NCBI GenBank assembly: GCA_963662295.1
Contig: OY759346.1
Location: 1,299,542 to 1,363,541, forward strand
Reading direction: 5' to 3'
Source: Trueperaceae bacterium
Lineage (GTDB): Bacteria > Deinococcota > Deinococci > Deinococcales > Trueperaceae
Length of the DNA stretch: 64,000 bases
Numbering within the stretch: position 1 is the stretch's first letter; each line of letters opens with the position of its first letter. Position numbers and translations under genes: made by a program. Positions 44,222 to 53,346 of this stretch are shown piece after piece. The notes beneath the pieces were generated by a model, which searched no databases, was not told the origin of the DNA, and saw only the letters and a program-made list of their open reading frames with translations.

Positions 44222-44276
44222 GTTCAAACAAAAAAGGTACAAACATTACTATCGTGAATTCTTTCACTATTAACAT
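44222..44276 (+). repeat. SNR-like AT-rich intergenic repeat, copy 3 (left boundary of recombinase segment)
   Basis: GTTCAAACAAAAAAGGTACAAACATTACTATCGTGAATTCTTTCACTATTAACAT. About 90% identical to the inverted copy 4. Confidence 0.65.
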
Positions 44277-44285
44277 ACCTTCAGG

Positions 44286-44305
44286 GGTCGCGACCTCGAT
44301 TTTTG
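44286..44305 (+). terminator. Palindromic hairpin plus T-tract (terminator-like) just after repeat copy 3
   Basis: GGTCGCGACC is a self-complementary 10-mer, followed by TCGATTTTTGG. No plus-strand gene lies upstream. Confidence 0.45.
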
Positions 44306-44765
44306 GTTCTTAGGTATTGAACAGAGGGTGGTCCGCGTGGTCCGGGCTAGCGCCTCGAGACCGCACGACGGTCGATCCGCTGCGGGTAGCAGCAACGTGT
44401 CCGCTGGAGCTCTTGTGACCGTCGTGCGCCAGCAGCCCCGGTGTCGGCTCGTTTTGACTCCGAGCCGACGGGTTGGGGCCTAGCCGCTAAGTGCCAATCC
44501 GCCAGACGAACGCAAAGGCTTTCTTTTACAAGCTTAGGCGCGTGTCCAGGTACACCAGGCCAGCACCGAAACCGATTGGCGGTATCCGCCTATAGCAAGG
44601 TGACCCTAGTGCAACGCAACCGACAAGGTCTCAGCGTACGTTCTACGCCACCGCCGGCCGAATGATCTCGAGGCCGCCCTCCGTGAGGCCGATCGGAGAC
44701 CGCAGCTCAACGGCGAAAAATGAAAAAATACCAGACAAGGGATATTGTCTGGGTATACTTGAACC

Positions 44766-45713
44766 ATGCCCGAAACCGCCGCCATCGAGCGCTTTACCGG
44801 CACTCTCATGGCCCGCGCCGAGACCTGGGTCAATCTCTCGGCGCCCGATCGCAGACGGCTCGCCATGGAGGCCGCCAACAGCCGCGATCTCGACCACCTG
44901 TGGTCGCTCACCGAAGGCTACCTGATCCTCCACGGCTCCCAGGGCGTGCGGGTATCGCCAAACACCCTGAAGAACTATCGCCGGGGCGTCGCCGACCTGC
45001 TCGAGGCCTGGCAAGGCTTCAACCTGGTTCGACCGACCACCGATGCCGGGGTCCTGTGGATCCGCCAGCTCGAGACCCGGCTCAAACCTGCCACGGTGCA
45101 GGTGAAGCTCTCGGCGGCGCGGATGCTCTACCGGGCGCTGCGCTGGAGCGGAGTCACGGATGCGGTGCCGTTCTCGGACGTCAAGGTCGCCAAGGACAAG
45201 ACGCCCCAATGGAAGAAACGTGGCGCCTATAGCGCCGAGGACGTCGAGCGCCTGCTCGAGGTCGCTGTGGGTCCCGAGGTGCTCATCGTCCTGCTCGGGG
45301 CCCATGCCGGGCTCAGAATATCCGAGATGTGCGCGCTCGCCTGGCAGGACCTGCGGCTCGCCGAAGGCGAACTGGTGGTGCGCCACGGTAAGGGCGGCAA
45401 GCGCGATACGGTGGTGCTGTCCTCGAGGCTGGCAGCCGTACTGGCCACCGCCCCGCGCTCCGGCGCCACGGTGCTGCCTTGGGGCACCTATCAGACGCGC
45501 GAACGCTTTCGCCTGCTGTGCCTCCGGTCGGGCGTCGGCTATCAGGGTCGTGGGGTTCACGGCCTGCGGCACGCTGCCGGCAGCCGTCTCTACGAAGCTG
45601 TGGGCGATCTGGGCCAGGTTGCAGATCACCTGCGTCACGCCGACGTGAACACCACCCGCGGCTACGCAAAACGCAATACCGAGCGCATCCGTACGGCTCT
45701 CGAAGACTGGTAG
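44766..45713 (+). CDS. Tyrosine site-specific recombinase (XerC/XerD-like integrase family)
   Basis: R (GLRISE), HxxR (HGLRHAAG) and catalytic Y (TRGY) are present. N-terminal SAM-like domain (NTLKNYRRGVADL). TATACT -10 lies 6 nt before the ATG (leaderless). Confidence 0.85.
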   Translation: MPETAAIERFTGTLMARAETWVNLSAPDRRRLAMEAANSRDLDHLWSLTEGYLILHGSQGVRVSPNTLKNYRRGVADLLEAWQGFNLVRPTTDAGVLWIRQLETRLKPATVQVKLSAARMLYRALRWSGVTDAVPFSDVKVAKDKTPQWKKRGAYSAEDVERLLEVAVGPEVLIVLLGAHAGLRISEMCALAWQDLRLAEGELVVRHGKGGKRDTVVLSSRLAAVLATAPRSGATVLPWGTYQTRERFRLLCLRSGVGYQGRGVHGLRHAAGSRLYEAVGDLGQVADHLRHADVNTTRGYAKRNTERIRTALEDW

Positions 45714-45757
45714 CTGCGGGTACTGTGATCCTCTACCCTATTACTGCACGGTTTGCT

Positions 45758-45809
45758 TACTAGTGAAAAGATTCACGATAACTATGTTTGTACCTTTTTT
45801 GTTTCGATC
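45758..45809 (-). repeat. SNR-like AT-rich intergenic repeat, copy 4 (inverted relative to copy 3)
   Basis: Reverse complement reads GATCGAAACAAAAAAGGTACAAACATAGTTATCGTGAATCTTTTCACTAGTAA. Overlaps the birA stop codon. Confidence 0.65.
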
Positions 45810-46521
45810 AGGGCGGTCTTCTCCAGACGATTTCCGCGACGTGTCCCTCGAACAGCTCTTGTCGGCCACGGCGTGTGTCGAGCACCAGGGCGCCCTCGTC
45901 CGTGATGCCGGCGGCCGTACCTACGACCGTGCTACCGCCGGGGACCGAAACCGTGACATGCGATCCTGCCAGGGCGTCGAGCGGCGCGAAACGGTCGGCC
46001 AGCGACAGGCCCGCGAGCAACGTTTCAAGACCCCGCTGCACCCCCCTCAGGACCGAGGCATGAACGGCATCCAGATCCCATCCGCGGAGCCCCACGGCGC
46101 CGGCAGGAATTTCGTTATCGACATTGACCCCGACCCCGACGAGGAGGTGGCGGTTGCGGTATTGGCAGAGGATCCCGCCCAGCTTCTTCCGCTTGTAACA
46201 GAGGTCGTTCGGCCATTTGACATCCACCTGGGCGCCGTACTCGCGGAACGCTTGGGCGATGCCGACCCCGATAGCCAGTGCGCTTAGCGGCACCTGCAGC
46301 CGGGTCGGCCCACCGTCGCGGATACCGAGGCTCTGGTAGCTGCCCCCGGCACCCGCCTGCCACGCGTCCTGTTGGCGCCCATAGGCGCCGGTCTGCGACC
46401 GGGCCCGCACCACCAGGCCATGAATGTCGTCCTCCGCGAGCAGGCGCTCCAAGAGCGCTGTCTGCGTCGAGGTGACCGTCTCGAGCTGTTCGATTCGGAA
46501 CGCCAGGTCGAGCGCCGTCAC
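45808..46521 (-). CDS. birA: Biotin--[acetyl-CoA-carboxylase] ligase (group I, no HTH)
   Basis: BPL_LplA_LipB core (GRQQDAWQ, KWPNDL, GILCQ) and BirA C-terminal domain. GTG 46521 abuts the smc stop. Confidence 0.75.
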   Translation of the reverse strand: MTALDLAFRIEQLETVTSTQTALLERLLAEDDIHGLVVRARSQTGAYGRQQDAWQAGAGGSYQSLGIRDGGPTRLQVPLSALAIGVGIAQAFREYGAQVDVKWPNDLCYKRKKLGGILCQYRNRHLLVGVGVNVDNEIPAGAVGLRGWDLDAVHASVLRGVQRGLETLLAGLSLADRFAPLDALAGSHVTVSVPGGSTVVGTAAGITDEGALVLDTRRGRQELFEGHVAEIVWRRPP

Positions 46522-49500
46522 TCGATCTCGAGACCCTCCTCCTTGCGAATGCTGAACACCCGGCTCACACCCTGCTCGGTGGTCACGCCCCACAGCACGT
46601 CTGCAACCTCGAAGGTGGCCTTCTGGTGTGTCACCAGCACGAACTGTGTCCCGCGGATGGCGAGCCGTTCCAGGAAGGCGCAGTACTTGTGGATATTCGC
46701 CTCGTCCAGCGGGGCGTCGACCTCATCGAGCACCGCCATCGGCAGGCCCTCGCCATCCTCATCGGCCATGAGCGCAAACAGGAATGCCAACGCGCCCATG
46801 GTGCGCTCCCCCACCGACAGCAGCCCCAGCGCCTGGGTCCGCTTACCGGGTGGCTGCAGATGGATCCTGAGCCCAACGGGACGGCCCTCGTCGCGCTCGA
46901 CCTCAATCGACCCGACGGCCTCCTCGCCGAACAGCTCCTGCACGTGGTGCCGAAAGAGCGAATCGAGCTGCGCACTGGACGCGTTGAGCCGCCGCGTCGT
47001 CTCACCGTCGATCTCGGCGAGGACGTGCTCGAGTTCGGCTGCCGCGGCCTCGGCCTCGGCCATATCCTTTTGGAGGGTTTCGAGACGCTCCCGGTGCTGC
47101 TCGTACTCGTCGGCGGCGCGATGGTTCACGGGGCCGATCTCTTCGACCTCAGCGGTAACGTCACGTAGGCGGCTGCGGGCTGCCCGTTCCCCGACGTTGA
47201 GCTCCTCGAGACCGTCAGGAAATGCCTGAAGATCCTCGTCGGCCGCTTCGAGCGCGGCGCCCCGGCGGGCGAGTTGCAGGCGGCACGCCTCGAGCTCCTG
47301 GGACACGGCGGCCTGCTCTTCGGTGAGGCGGCGTAGCGTTCGATCCGACGCCTGTAAGGAACGCTCGGCAGCGTCACGTTCTGATTGCCGCTGGTCCAGG
47401 CCGCTGGGCAGGGCGGCGCCGGCCGCCTCGACCTCGGTTGCGGCTGCGCCTCTGTCGGTCTCCAACTGCTCGAGTTCGCGGCCGAGTTCCTGCTCGAGGG
47501 CCTGCAACGAGGCCGCGCGCTCGAGTTGCGACCGGTGCCGCAAAGCGGCCTCGCGGTAGGCCAGCTGCTCCCCTTCGAAAATCAGCCTTCCGCGCTCGGT
47601 CGCCCGGTGGGCCTCGCCCGCCCTGCGGAAGGCGTCCGAACTCGCAGTCCAGGCCTCGCGGACGTGCGCGGTGGCGATCACCAGCCGCTCTAGCTCCACC
47701 GGGTCGGCGCCAACCTCCTGTACGGGTTCGTCGGCGGGAGGCAATGCCCGGTCCAGAGACAGCTGCCGGGCGGTCAGATCGTCGTGCCGTTGCTGGTAGC
47801 GCGCCCGCTCGACCTCGTGCGTGCGGGCGGTCTCGGCCAGCTGCGCGGCCCGTCGCTCGGCCCTGTCCAGGGCCTTTCGGGCGGCCTCTAGGGCCCCTCC
47901 GGCTTCGGTCCTGGAAGCGGCAGCTCGGTCGCGGTCGGCCTCTGCGGCTGCGGCGCCTTCTTCGGCGCCGCGGAGATCCTCGGCCAGGCCGACCACCTGC
48001 CCACGTCGGAGCGGGCGGCCTCCAGACATGGCGCCGCTCACTTCGATCAGGTCACCTGCGAGGGTCACCAGGCGCGGACGTGAGCGGTGCGCCCGCGCCA
48101 GCGCCACCGCCCGCTCGAAATCCTCCATGACCAGAACGTTGCCTAACAGCATTCCCACCACGCGTTCGAAGCGGGGCTCGGCACGCACCAGCTCGCTCGC
48201 CAGCCCCACGACGCCCGCGACCTTCGAGGCATCGAAGCGCGTGGCCCTAGTGGATCGCAGCAGGTCGAGCGGCAGCACCGTTACCCAGCCGCCCTTGGAG
48301 CGCACGTGCTCGAGGACGGCTTCGGCTATGTCGGTGTTCTCCACCACGATATTTTCGGCTCGGCGGCCGAGCGACGCACCGACCGCCTCCCGGAGGTGTT
48401 CGGGTACTTCGAGGAGATCCGCAACCGATCCGACGACACCATCGATTCTTGAGGTCAGCGCCAGGCGCCCCCCCTGCGCGTAGCCGCGTCGGGCTTCGAA
48501 CGAGGCCTGCAGGCGGGCGACGTCGCGCTGAAGCACGGTGGCTTCGGCCACCGCCTCGTTGTGGCTAGCGGTCGACTCGTCGGCTACCGCCGTGGCCACA
48601 ACCACCGCAGCTCGGAGGTCTTCGATCTTGGCAGCGTGGCTCTTGGTCTTCGCCGCCAGCCTCTTATCGCCGACCGGGGCGTTCGCAGCCAGCGCCGCCA
48701 GGGCGGCGTCGATCTCGCTACCTTGGCGGCCGAGTTCCGTTCGCCTGGCCAGCGCCATGGCGGACCGTTCGGCGTCGCCGGCAACGGCCCGGCGTAGCTG
48801 TTCGAGCCGCACCTCGTGCGCCGCAAGTTCGGACTCTCTGGCTTCGAGAACGGCGCGCGCCGCCACGAGGTCGGTGGCGGCCTCGGCTTCCATGCGTGCG
48901 AACGCTTCTGCGTCTCCGTGGGGAGCCTCGGGCTGCCCGCCCGGTTCGAGGGCGGTATGTTCCTCGCGAATCCGCTCAAAGCGTTGGGCGATGCTCTGAT
49001 GGCGGGACTCGAGGCCGCGAAGTCGCTGTTCGGCGATGCGCAGGTCGCCCTGACGTCGCTCCGTTTCGGCGACGGCCTCGCGCAGCAGCACCTCGGAGCG
49101 CGACAGGGTGGCGCGCGCCGTGACCTGCGCCTCTTCAGCGCTGCGGAGCAGGCCCCGACCGCGTTCGAGCTGGTCTTCGAGCGTGGCGCGCTTCGCGCTT
49201 TGCGTGGCGATCTCCTGGTTAAGGCCTAGCAGGCGGCGGCCGGCGATCGTGAAGCGGAGCAGCAGGCCCTCACGCTCCAGGGCGCTGTAGCGGTTGGCGT
49301 CGCCCGCCTCGCGTTGCAGCCGCGCGACCACCAAGCCGAGTTCACCAACCAGGTCGAGGAGGCGCTCGAGATGCTGGTGGGCGGTGTCGAGGCGGGCCGC
49401 GGCCAGGCTGCGCCGCCCACTGAGTTTGGCCACACCGGCAGCTTCGGCGACGTACCCCAGGAGCTTTTCGGGATCGGCCATCAACACCTGACCGACCTCG

Positions 49501-49910
49501 CCCTGGCCGATCACCGATACCCCCGCCCGGCCCAGACCGCTGCCGGCAAGGGCCTCCTCGACGTCGATGAAGCGCGCTGGGCGACCGTTCAGGCGTAGTT
49601 TGCTGAGCCCGTCGCGGTCGAGGGTCCGGGCGACCTTGGTGCTGCCGTGGTCGGTGCTGAACTCGACCTCGACCTCGGCCAGTCCCATGCTGCGCTTGCC
49701 GCTCGCACCGTGGAAGATCAGGGCGCGTTTGTCGTCGGCCCGGTAGCTGCTGGCCCGACCACCGCCGGTCGCCCACTTGAGGGCGTCGATGAGGTTGCTC
49801 TTGCCGGAACCGTTCGGTCCGATGAGGGCGGTGACGCCGGGAGCGAACTCTATCGAGGTGCGATCTCCGAAGCTCTTGAAGCCGGCCACGGTGATCGAGG
49901 AGATTTTCAC
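46518..49910 (-). CDS. smc: Chromosome segregation protein SMC
   Basis: 1130 aa. N-terminal Walker A (GPNGSGKSN), long coiled coils, hinge, and C-terminal signature and Walker B (LSGGEK-like, DEVDAPLD). Confidence 0.95.
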   Translation of the reverse strand: MKISSITVAGFKSFGDRTSIEFAPGVTALIGPNGSGKSNLIDALKWATGGGRASSYRADDKRALIFHGASGKRSMGLAEVEVEFSTDHGSTKVARTLDRDGLSKLRLNGRPARFIDVEEALAGSGLGRAGVSVIGQGEVGQVLMADPEKLLGYVAEAAGVAKLSGRRSLAAARLDTAHQHLERLLDLVGELGLVVARLQREAGDANRYSALEREGLLLRFTIAGRRLLGLNQEIATQSAKRATLEDQLERGRGLLRSAEEAQVTARATLSRSEVLLREAVAETERRQGDLRIAEQRLRGLESRHQSIAQRFERIREEHTALEPGGQPEAPHGDAEAFARMEAEAATDLVAARAVLEARESELAAHEVRLEQLRRAVAGDAERSAMALARRTELGRQGSEIDAALAALAANAPVGDKRLAAKTKSHAAKIEDLRAAVVVATAVADESTASHNEAVAEATVLQRDVARLQASFEARRGYAQGGRLALTSRIDGVVGSVADLLEVPEHLREAVGASLGRRAENIVVENTDIAEAVLEHVRSKGGWVTVLPLDLLRSTRATRFDASKVAGVVGLASELVRAEPRFERVVGMLLGNVLVMEDFERAVALARAHRSRPRLVTLAGDLIEVSGAMSGGRPLRRGQVVGLAEDLRGAEEGAAAAEADRDRAAASRTEAGGALEAARKALDRAERRAAQLAETARTHEVERARYQQRHDDLTARQLSLDRALPPADEPVQEVGADPVELERLVIATAHVREAWTASSDAFRRAGEAHRATERGRLIFEGEQLAYREAALRHRSQLERAASLQALEQELGRELEQLETDRGAAATEVEAAGAALPSGLDQRQSERDAAERSLQASDRTLRRLTEEQAAVSQELEACRLQLARRGAALEAADEDLQAFPDGLEELNVGERAARSRLRDVTAEVEEIGPVNHRAADEYEQHRERLETLQKDMAEAEAAAAELEHVLAEIDGETTRRLNASSAQLDSLFRHHVQELFGEEAVGSIEVERDEGRPVGLRIHLQPPGKRTQALGLLSVGERTMGALAFLFALMADEDGEGLPMAVLDEVDAPLDEANIHKYCAFLERLAIRGTQFVLVTHQKATFEVADVLWGVTTEQGVSRVFSIRKEEGLEIE

Positions 49911-50045
49911 GGCTGCGGGCGCTGCTCCGAATACGATCGATCGGCTCTGGTGGAGCTGGTCACGGCAGGCCGGCCTGCGTGGATGCGCGGCAGCGACCGC
50001 TGGCCTCGTGTGGGCATCAGCTGGAGTATACCTCGCCGGGCGCGG

Positions 50046-50435
50046 CTAACGATCGGCTGGGTCGTCGCCGGGCGGAAGGGCGCCGCGGATCGAATCGATA
50101 TGCCCCTTGAGTTGGCCCTGCAGTCGGGTGATGCGGTTCTCCATATTGTCCTGCAGTTCGCCCAACCGGGCCCGCAGCTTGATGATCTCCTCGACGCCGG
50201 CGAGGTTGACGCCGAGCTCCTGGGTCAAGCGCCGGATCTCGCGCAGCTGCTCGATGTTGCGCTGCGAATAGAGCCTGGTCTTACCTGCGCTTCGGCTCGG
50301 TTCGATGAGTCCCTTGCGCTCGTACAGTCTCAGGGTCTGGGGGTGCATGTCGACAAGTTCGGCCGCCACACTGATGACATACAGCGGCTTGTCCTTGTCT
50401 ACCACGGTGTCCTCTCGCTCGACGTCCTCGCTCAT
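50046..50435 (-). CDS. hspR: MerR-family heat-shock repressor (HspR-like)
   Basis: MerR HTH ([25 protein letters not shown]). Lies downstream of dnaJ in the same operon. Confidence 0.75.
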   Translation of the reverse strand: MSEDVEREDTVVDKDKPLYVISVAAELVDMHPQTLRLYERKGLIEPSRSAGKTRLYSQRNIEQLREIRRLTQELGVNLAGVEEIIKLRARLGELQDNMENRITRLQGQLKGHIDSIRGALPPGDDPADR

Positions 50436-50445
50436 AACCCGTTCG

Positions 50446-51390
50446 TCACCTCGTCCTTCCAAACCAGCCTCGAACCGCGCGCAAAAGGCCGCGCCACACG
50501 TCGTGGCGGACCGTCACCACCATGGACCCTCCCGAAAGTCCGGCCCCGGCAAAGCGGAGCTTCTGGCCGTTGCTGCTACCGGCGGGCACGTCGACGGGCA
50601 CCCCCAGCAGCTCGGTCCGGAACCCGTTCTGGGCCTCCAGAGGGGTGATCGGAAGCTCTACGAAGACGTCGTTGCCTACCACGGAGACGTCGGGTGGCAC
50701 CGTGAGTCCCAAGGTTACGAACACGTCTCCGGGGGGATTGCCCGGACCGCCGAGACCCGACAGTCGGAGTCGCGTGCCGTCGCGAACCGACGATGGAACC
50801 GTGACGTCGACCGCGTTGCCGCTGGCTCGGACCCCCTGGCCGCGACACGATGGGCAGGTGGTGCCGTGGTAGCTGCGGCTTCCGCGGCACGTCGCGCAGA
50901 CGCTGGGTCCACCGACCTGCACCCGCATGACGCCACCCTCGCGGGCCACAGCCAGCGGTACCTCGAGGGTCACCTGGCGGTGTTCGCCCGGTAGCAGGCC
51001 GGCGCTGCGAAACAGGCCGGTAACAGCGCCAAAAAAGGTATCGAATACCGCGTTGCCGGTTCTGGGCCGGCCGTGCGGATCGAAGTCGGCCGGGAAATCG
51101 CCGCGCTGGTTCATCGCCTCCCGGAAGATCGTCTGCCAGTCGACGGTCTGGGTGGTAGCCGCGCGCGGGTCGAGGCCGTGCCGGTCGTAGCGGGCTCGGC
51201 TCTCCGGATCGCGCAGCAGGGCGTAGGCCTCGGTGATGTCCTTGAAGCGCTCACCGGCATCCGGATCGTCCAGGTTGCGGTCCGGGTGATACGTTAGGGC
51301 CAACTTGCGGTAGGCCTGCTTGATCTCCTCGGGCGACGCGCTGCGGTCGAGTCCCAACACGCTATAGGGGTTTTGAAGGGCCCGGCTCAC
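50446..51390 (-). CDS. dnaJ: DnaJ-class chaperone (J domain, Cys-rich zinc finger, C-terminal domain)
   Basis: J-domain HPD motif (LTYHPDRN) and CxxCxGxG repeats. GTG 51390 sits 8 nt after a TATAGT -10 (leaderless). Confidence 0.8.
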   Translation of the reverse strand: MSRALQNPYSVLGLDRSASPEEIKQAYRKLALTYHPDRNLDDPDAGERFKDITEAYALLRDPESRARYDRHGLDPRAATTQTVDWQTIFREAMNQRGDFPADFDPHGRPRTGNAVFDTFFGAVTGLFRSAGLLPGEHRQVTLEVPLAVAREGGVMRVQVGGPSVCATCRGSRSYHGTTCPSCRGQGVRASGNAVDVTVPSSVRDGTRLRLSGLGGPGNPPGDVFVTLGLTVPPDVSVVGNDVFVELPITPLEAQNGFRTELLGVPVDVPAGSSNGQKLRFAGAGLSGGSMVVTVRHDVWRGLLRAVRGWFGRTR

Positions 51391-51540
51391 CGTTAGGTAC
51401 TATACATTATGTGAGTGTGGCGTTGATAAGCCGACGCGACCCGTGGTCCGACGGCGCCCTGCAGACGCGGGTGTTATGGTGAGACCGTGACCGGGCTTCG
51501 ACCCCGGATGGGAGGTGTCTACAAGGTGACTCGTAGCTGG

Positions 51541-51852
51541 ATGATCGTACCCGTCATTCTGGTGCTGCTGGTAGTGGCCGGGTGTCGCAACGAAACGCAG
51601 AACAGAATCCGCAGGAGCATTCAGGACTTCACCAATACCCGGATGTACATCACCCTCTACAGCCTCGACGGCAGCCCCGTGTTCGAAGGGGTCGTCGACG
51701 GCAAGGTAACCCGATCGTCCGCTGCGCTCAGCGACAGCAGCGAGGCCGCCAGCGGCACCTATATCTTCTGGTTCGACGACCGCGGACGCTACCACCAGTC
51801 CAATCTCCTCTACCTCGTCTCCATCTACGACCGCGCCACCTTCAGCGAGTAA
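51541..51852 (+). CDS. Small lipoprotein, unknown function
   Basis: Signal peptide MIVPVILVLLVVAGC with lipobox, then a soluble beta-rich region. Confidence 0.5.
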   Translation: MIVPVILVLLVVAGCRNETQNRIRRSIQDFTNTRMYITLYSLDGSPVFEGVVDGKVTRSSAALSDSSEAASGTYIFWFDDRGRYHQSNLLYLVSIYDRATFSE

Positions 51853-51891
51853 GCGGCCGGCGGCACGGGGGTTGTGGCAGTTGCCGGTAGA

Positions 51892-51947
51892 CAGTAATTA
51901 GTGATTAAATTCACGATACGCTTGTTTGTGTAATTTTTGTTTCGGCC
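51892..51947 (-). repeat. SNR-like AT-rich intergenic repeat, copy 5
   Basis: Reverse complement reads GGCCGAAACAAAAATTACACAAACAAGCGTATCGTGAATTTAATCACTAATTACTG. Confidence 0.6.
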
Positions 51948-52016
51948 TAGCGCTAGGTGACGCTTTGATGAAGAATTGCCCAGCCAGCTTCAGGGGCTCG
52001 GTGTTACAGTGGCACC

Positions 52017-52526
52017 GTGAAGGCCCGACTGTTCGTTTCGACAATCTTTGCCGCGCTTATCCTTTCGGGGTGCACCATCTATCTGCGACCCGGCGTCAGC
52101 GGCCGGATCTCTATCGGCATCGAACTGCACGACATCATCGCCGTGTTCGAACCGAGCAAAGGGGCCGGCGCGACCTACTTCATTGGCGAACCGGTCGTCT
52201 TCAGAATCTTCGCCAACCAGAGCGGCTACATCACCCTAAGCGCCATCGACCCCGATGGCAGGGTCTACACCTTTGCCCGTAACATGGCCGTGGTCGGCGG
52301 AATGGTCAATGCGCTACCGGGACCCAGCGACCGTTTCGTCTTCCTAGCCGACAGACCGACCGGCTTCCACCGCATCCGAGCCTCGTTTACCGACAGGCCC
52401 ACCGACACCGGACGGGTAACCTACGTGGGCAGGCGCGGCGACGGCGAATGGACCAGCACCATCACCGTAGAGCTGAACGCGGCCACCGTCCGCGACGTGT
52501 CCGAAACCAATCTGTTCATCCAGTAG
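52017..52526 (+). CDS. Lipoprotein, unknown function (DUF4384-like)
   Basis: Signal peptide with lipobox LSGC. A hairpin (AGCGCATCC-N5-GGATGCGCT) follows the stop. Confidence 0.55.
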   Translation: MKARLFVSTIFAALILSGCTIYLRPGVSGRISIGIELHDIIAVFEPSKGAGATYFIGEPVVFRIFANQSGYITLSAIDPDGRVYTFARNMAVVGGMVNALPGPSDRFVFLADRPTGFHRIRASFTDRPTDTGRVTYVGRRGDGEWTSTITVELNAATVRDVSETNLFIQ

Positions 52527-52611
52527 CGGCGAAACACCGGTCGCATGCCCGAGCGCATCCCTGGCGGATGCGCTACACTTATGGGGACACACCAACGGGA
52601 GGGGGCCGACC

Positions 52612-53346
52612 TTGGCAGGCCACAACAAATGGTCTCAGATCAAACGTAAGAAGGCGGCCAACGACCAAAAACGTGGCAAGGTCATCAGCAAACACATCCG
52701 GGCCATCCAGTCGGCGGTTCGGGAGGGTGGTGGCGGCGACCCCGGCGCCAACCTGAACCTGAAGAACGCCCTGGCCGCAGCAAAATCGGACGATGTCTCG
52801 GTGGAGAACATCGACCGGGCCATCGAGCGCGCGCTCGATGGCGCCGAAGGCTCGAACTACGAGACGATCACCTACGAAGGCTACGGCCCGGCCGGCATCG
52901 CCGTCCTCGTCGAGGCCCTCACCGACAACCGCAACCGCACCGCCGGCGAGGTCCGGCACGTGTTCAGCAAACACGGTGGGAACATGTCCGGAGGAACCTC
53001 ATGGCAGTTCGAGCTCAAGGGCCTGATCGTCCTGGCGGACAGTAGCGACGAGGCCCAGGAGCTCGCCATCGACGTCGGCGCCGACGACCTGGCCGTCGAG
53101 GACGGGGTGCTGACGATTCTCACCAGCCCGGCAGATCTCTACCGCGTCACCGAGGCGCTCCAGCAGGCGGGCTACCAGGCCGATATCAGCCAGCTGACCA
53201 AGGTCGTCCAGAACGAGACGAGCCTGTCCCCGGCCGATCTCGCCAAGGTCGTCCGTTTTCTCGACCACCTCGAAGACCTCGACGACGTCCACAACGTCTA
53301 CTCCACGGCCGACCTCGAAGGGGCGGAGTTCGTGGGGCAGGCATGA
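52612..53346 (+). CDS. yebC: YebC/PmpR family DNA-binding transcriptional regulator
   Basis: MAGHNKWSQIKRKK N-terminus. TTG start with GGGAGGGGG SD. Confidence 0.9.
   Translation: MAGHNKWSQIKRKKAANDQKRGKVISKHIRAIQSAVREGGGGDPGANLNLKNALAAAKSDDVSVENIDRAIERALDGAEGSNYETITYEGYGPAGIAVLVEALTDNRNRTAGEVRHVFSKHGGNMSGGTSWQFELKGLIVLADSSDEAQELAIDVGADDLAVEDGVLTILTSPADLYRVTEALQQAGYQADISQLTKVVQNETSLSPADLAKVVRFLDHLEDLDDVHNVYSTADLEGAEFVGQA

Larger units (their letters stand above)
44222..45809. mobile_element. Candidate recombinase module bounded by inverted SNR-like repeats (status uncertain)
   Basis: Inverted ~50 bp repeats at 44222-44276 and 45758-45809 flank about 490 bp of non-coding DNA plus a tyrosine recombinase gene. 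No target-site duplication identified. Confidence 0.3.

Noticed and set aside
44222-45809. Integron-like reading (IntI plus attC sites) of the recombinase and flanking repeats
   Set aside because: The repeats lack the attC R''-L''/L'-R' architecture (RYYYAAC...GTTRRRY ends). No cassette ORFs are present. The recombinase N-terminus looks Xer-like rather than IntI-like.
43964-46287. ORFs beginning inside repeat copies (44034-44276 minus strand; 45763-46287 plus strand), with similar N-termini MLIVKEFTIVMFVPFLFE / MKRFTITMFVPFLFR
   Set aside because: The shared peptide is simply the translated repeat. Downstream sequence is low complexity and overlaps birA on the opposite strand. These are not paralogous proteins.
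51395-51425. dif-like Xer recombination site (TACATTATGTGAGT resembles the TTATGTTAAAT XerD arm)
   Set aside because: Only about 7 of 11 matches to the XerD arm and no recognisable XerC arm. The same bases are better explained as the dnaJ -10 region and operator inverted repeat.
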